DNA of 64,000 nt from Antechinus flavipes (taxonomy: Eukaryota): NCBI RefSeq assembly GCF_016432865.1, contig NC_067402.1, positions 20,460,001 to 20,524,000 on the forward strand. The letters run 5' to 3'. Position numbers and translations under genes: made by a program. Under the pieces are notes generated by a model. That model did no database searches. It was given only the letters and a program-made list of their open reading frames with translations, and was not told the DNA's origin. Positions 62,368 to 64,000 of the stretch are shown here, piece by piece (positions within the stretch are counted from its first letter, which is position 1; every line of letters starts with the position of its first letter).

Positions 62368-62503
62368 NNNNNNNNNNNNNNNNNNNNNNNNNNNNNNNNN
62401 NNNNNNNNNNNNNNNNNNNNNNNNNNNNNNNNNNNNNNNNNNNNNNNNNNNNNNNNNNNNNNNNNNNNNNNNNNNNNNNNNNNNNNNNNNNNNNNNNNNN
62501 NNN
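62368..62503. other. Assembly gap (136 N) within a SINE
   Basis: Run of N directly after a SINE 5' head. Confidence 1.
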
Positions 62504-62774
62504 GAAAAGGAGTGAACCCATTGGCCTTGACACCCTGGTTTTGTCACCTGTCTGACAGCTCCGGAGGGCACAGCTTTTTGAGGTTCTGATTTTTGCTGCT
62601 TTGGTCAGAGTTCTGAGGGGTGTGTATGGCCTTTCCTCTCCTGTTGGTACAGTGCCTGGCACATAGTAGGTGCTTAATTAAAATGAATTGAATGTTAACC
62701 CTGTGGTCGTCTCACAAGTTGTTCTCGTGGATCAGTTGGAAGAGATCCCGCCATATTTCTCCGAGCCCTTCACT

Positions 62775-62915
62775 GGTACTTGCGATTAAACAATAAAATC
62801 CCCTTTACCGCCGTTTGTTGGTCGCCCGGCAGTCGAGCGTCCATCTCGTTTCCGTCTCCTCATTACGACAGAAAATGCCGCCGTGAACATTTTGTAAGCG
62901 TGAGACTTTTGCCCG
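62775..62915 (-). mobile_element. Old LINE-1 ORF2 3' remnant
   Basis: aacaataaaatcccc...cattacgacagaaaatgccgccgtgaacattttg resembles L1 aataatattcc...ataatgctgctatgaacatt. Confidence 0.55.
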
Positions 62916-63703
62916 CGTCCTTGGCTTCTTGACGTTCTCAGAAGCTTCTCCCCTGGCCGTGGTCGGGCACTGAGGGATCGGGGTGGAGGGGACAGCCTGG
63001 AATTAATTCCCCTTCCTCCTCGGAGCCTCCATCCTGTGACAGTAAGTTAGCCAGAAGTCCCCGAAGGGGGATCCCTTGGCGGAAGAATTCCTTCCATGGA
63101 GAGAATTGTAGGGTCACCGGGAGGACGCCTCGGGGACGGTCTGGTCCCCAAGGCCCATATTTGGAACACGGGAGACCGAGCCGCAGAGTGACAGCTAAGG
63201 GCCCAGAGCTTGGAGTCCACTGGCTGTGGGGTTCCCATTTGAGGGCTTGTTCACTCCACCTGCTGAAATGGAGGCTCGCTGACACTCTGCCAAGGGTCAT
63301 TTGCAGAGGGAGCTGTTTAATGTGGCCGACTCGCCTGCAAGGTCACCTTTCGGAAAAAGGCAGGTTTCCTAGACTCGTGGATCCAGAAGGAGAAGAGCCG
63401 GCGTCCCAGGCAGTGGGGGTCGGGGCAGGATGGGACGACTCCCCATCTGGGCCGAGCGGCACTTTGGCCAGGCCCGAGGTCGCAGGATTGTGGCGATGTC
63501 GTCCCGAGGAGTCTTCCTCAGCTGGGTCGCTGGGCCCGGGAAGCCTGGTCTCGGCCGCTTTGTCCTGGCTGCGTCCCCTGGATGTTGGTATCACAGGGAG
63601 ACGGTGCTGGGAAAGGTCCGGACCCCGAGAGGGCTTTAAGGGAAATTATTGGGGGAGGGCGAACTAGCACCCCCAGCCAAGAGGAATGGCTGAGCCAAGC
63701 TGG

Positions 63704-63930
63704 AAGGGAGCCGGCATCCTGGGCAGGGGGGAGCCGAGCAGGGGGGAGCCGGCGTCCTCGGGCGGGGGGGAGCCGAGCAGAGGGGAGCCAGCGTCCCCAG
63801 GTGGGGGGGGGGAGCCGGCGTCCTGGGCAGGGGGGGGAGCCAGCGTCCTCAGGCCGGGGCAGGGGGGAGCTGGTGTCCTCGGGCGGGGGGGAGCCGAGCA
63901 GAGGGGAGCCGGCGTCCCGGGGCACGGGGA
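63704..63930. repeat. G-rich degenerate minisatellite (gggggagccggcgtcctcgggc / ggggggagccgagca units)
   Basis: About 10 recurrences of ggggagcc/ggggagct with alternating linkers. Confidence 0.85.
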
Positions 63931-64000
63931 GTGTGTCCCGGTAAGCCAGCTGCTTCCAAGGGGGTTGTTCTGTGGTTGGCCAGCCTCCACACGGGCCCCT

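Larger units (their letters stand above)
1965..64000 (+). other. TRIM71: TRIM71 intron 1 (continues beyond the window)
   Basis: No translation of the expected exon 2 (VLHLYCDTC...) in any frame; repeat-rich non-coding sequence. TRIM71 is known to have a very large first intron. Confidence 0.8.

Overview
Vertebrate genomic DNA, almost certainly from a marsupial: it carries WSINE1/MAR1-type SINEs and marsupial-type L1 3' ends, and a dasyuromorph origin is plausible but unproven. The window holds the CpG-island promoter and first coding exon of TRIM71 (LIN-41), CDS 765-1964 on +. This exon encodes the split RING, B-box 1 and the start of B-box 2, and contains two N-gaps. A phase-0 GT donor at 1965 opens an intron that runs past the window end (>62 kb); exon 2 (VLHLYCDTC...) was not found. 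The other ORFs in the track show no recognisable coding signal. The intron is filled with MIR, L2, L1 and SINE remnants, microsatellites, CpG-rich patches and enhancer-like AT-rich islands. Most notable: (i) a ~220-320 bp inverted repeat pair 1.6 kb apart with layered identity (about 99%, 90% and 75%), suggesting arm-to-arm conversion and a pre-mRNA dsRNA stem; (ii) a 142-bp local segment copied into an L1 tail 7.3 kb away, flanked by a 5-bp direct repeat; (iii) an unusually diverged, low-complexity-expanded TRIM71 N-terminus; (iv) a 19-unit ~58-bp minisatellite with higher-order structure; (v) a perfect 17-bp-stem hairpin. Comparisons with human TRIM71 and repeat consensi are from memory and need real alignments. 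Repeat boundaries are approximate.
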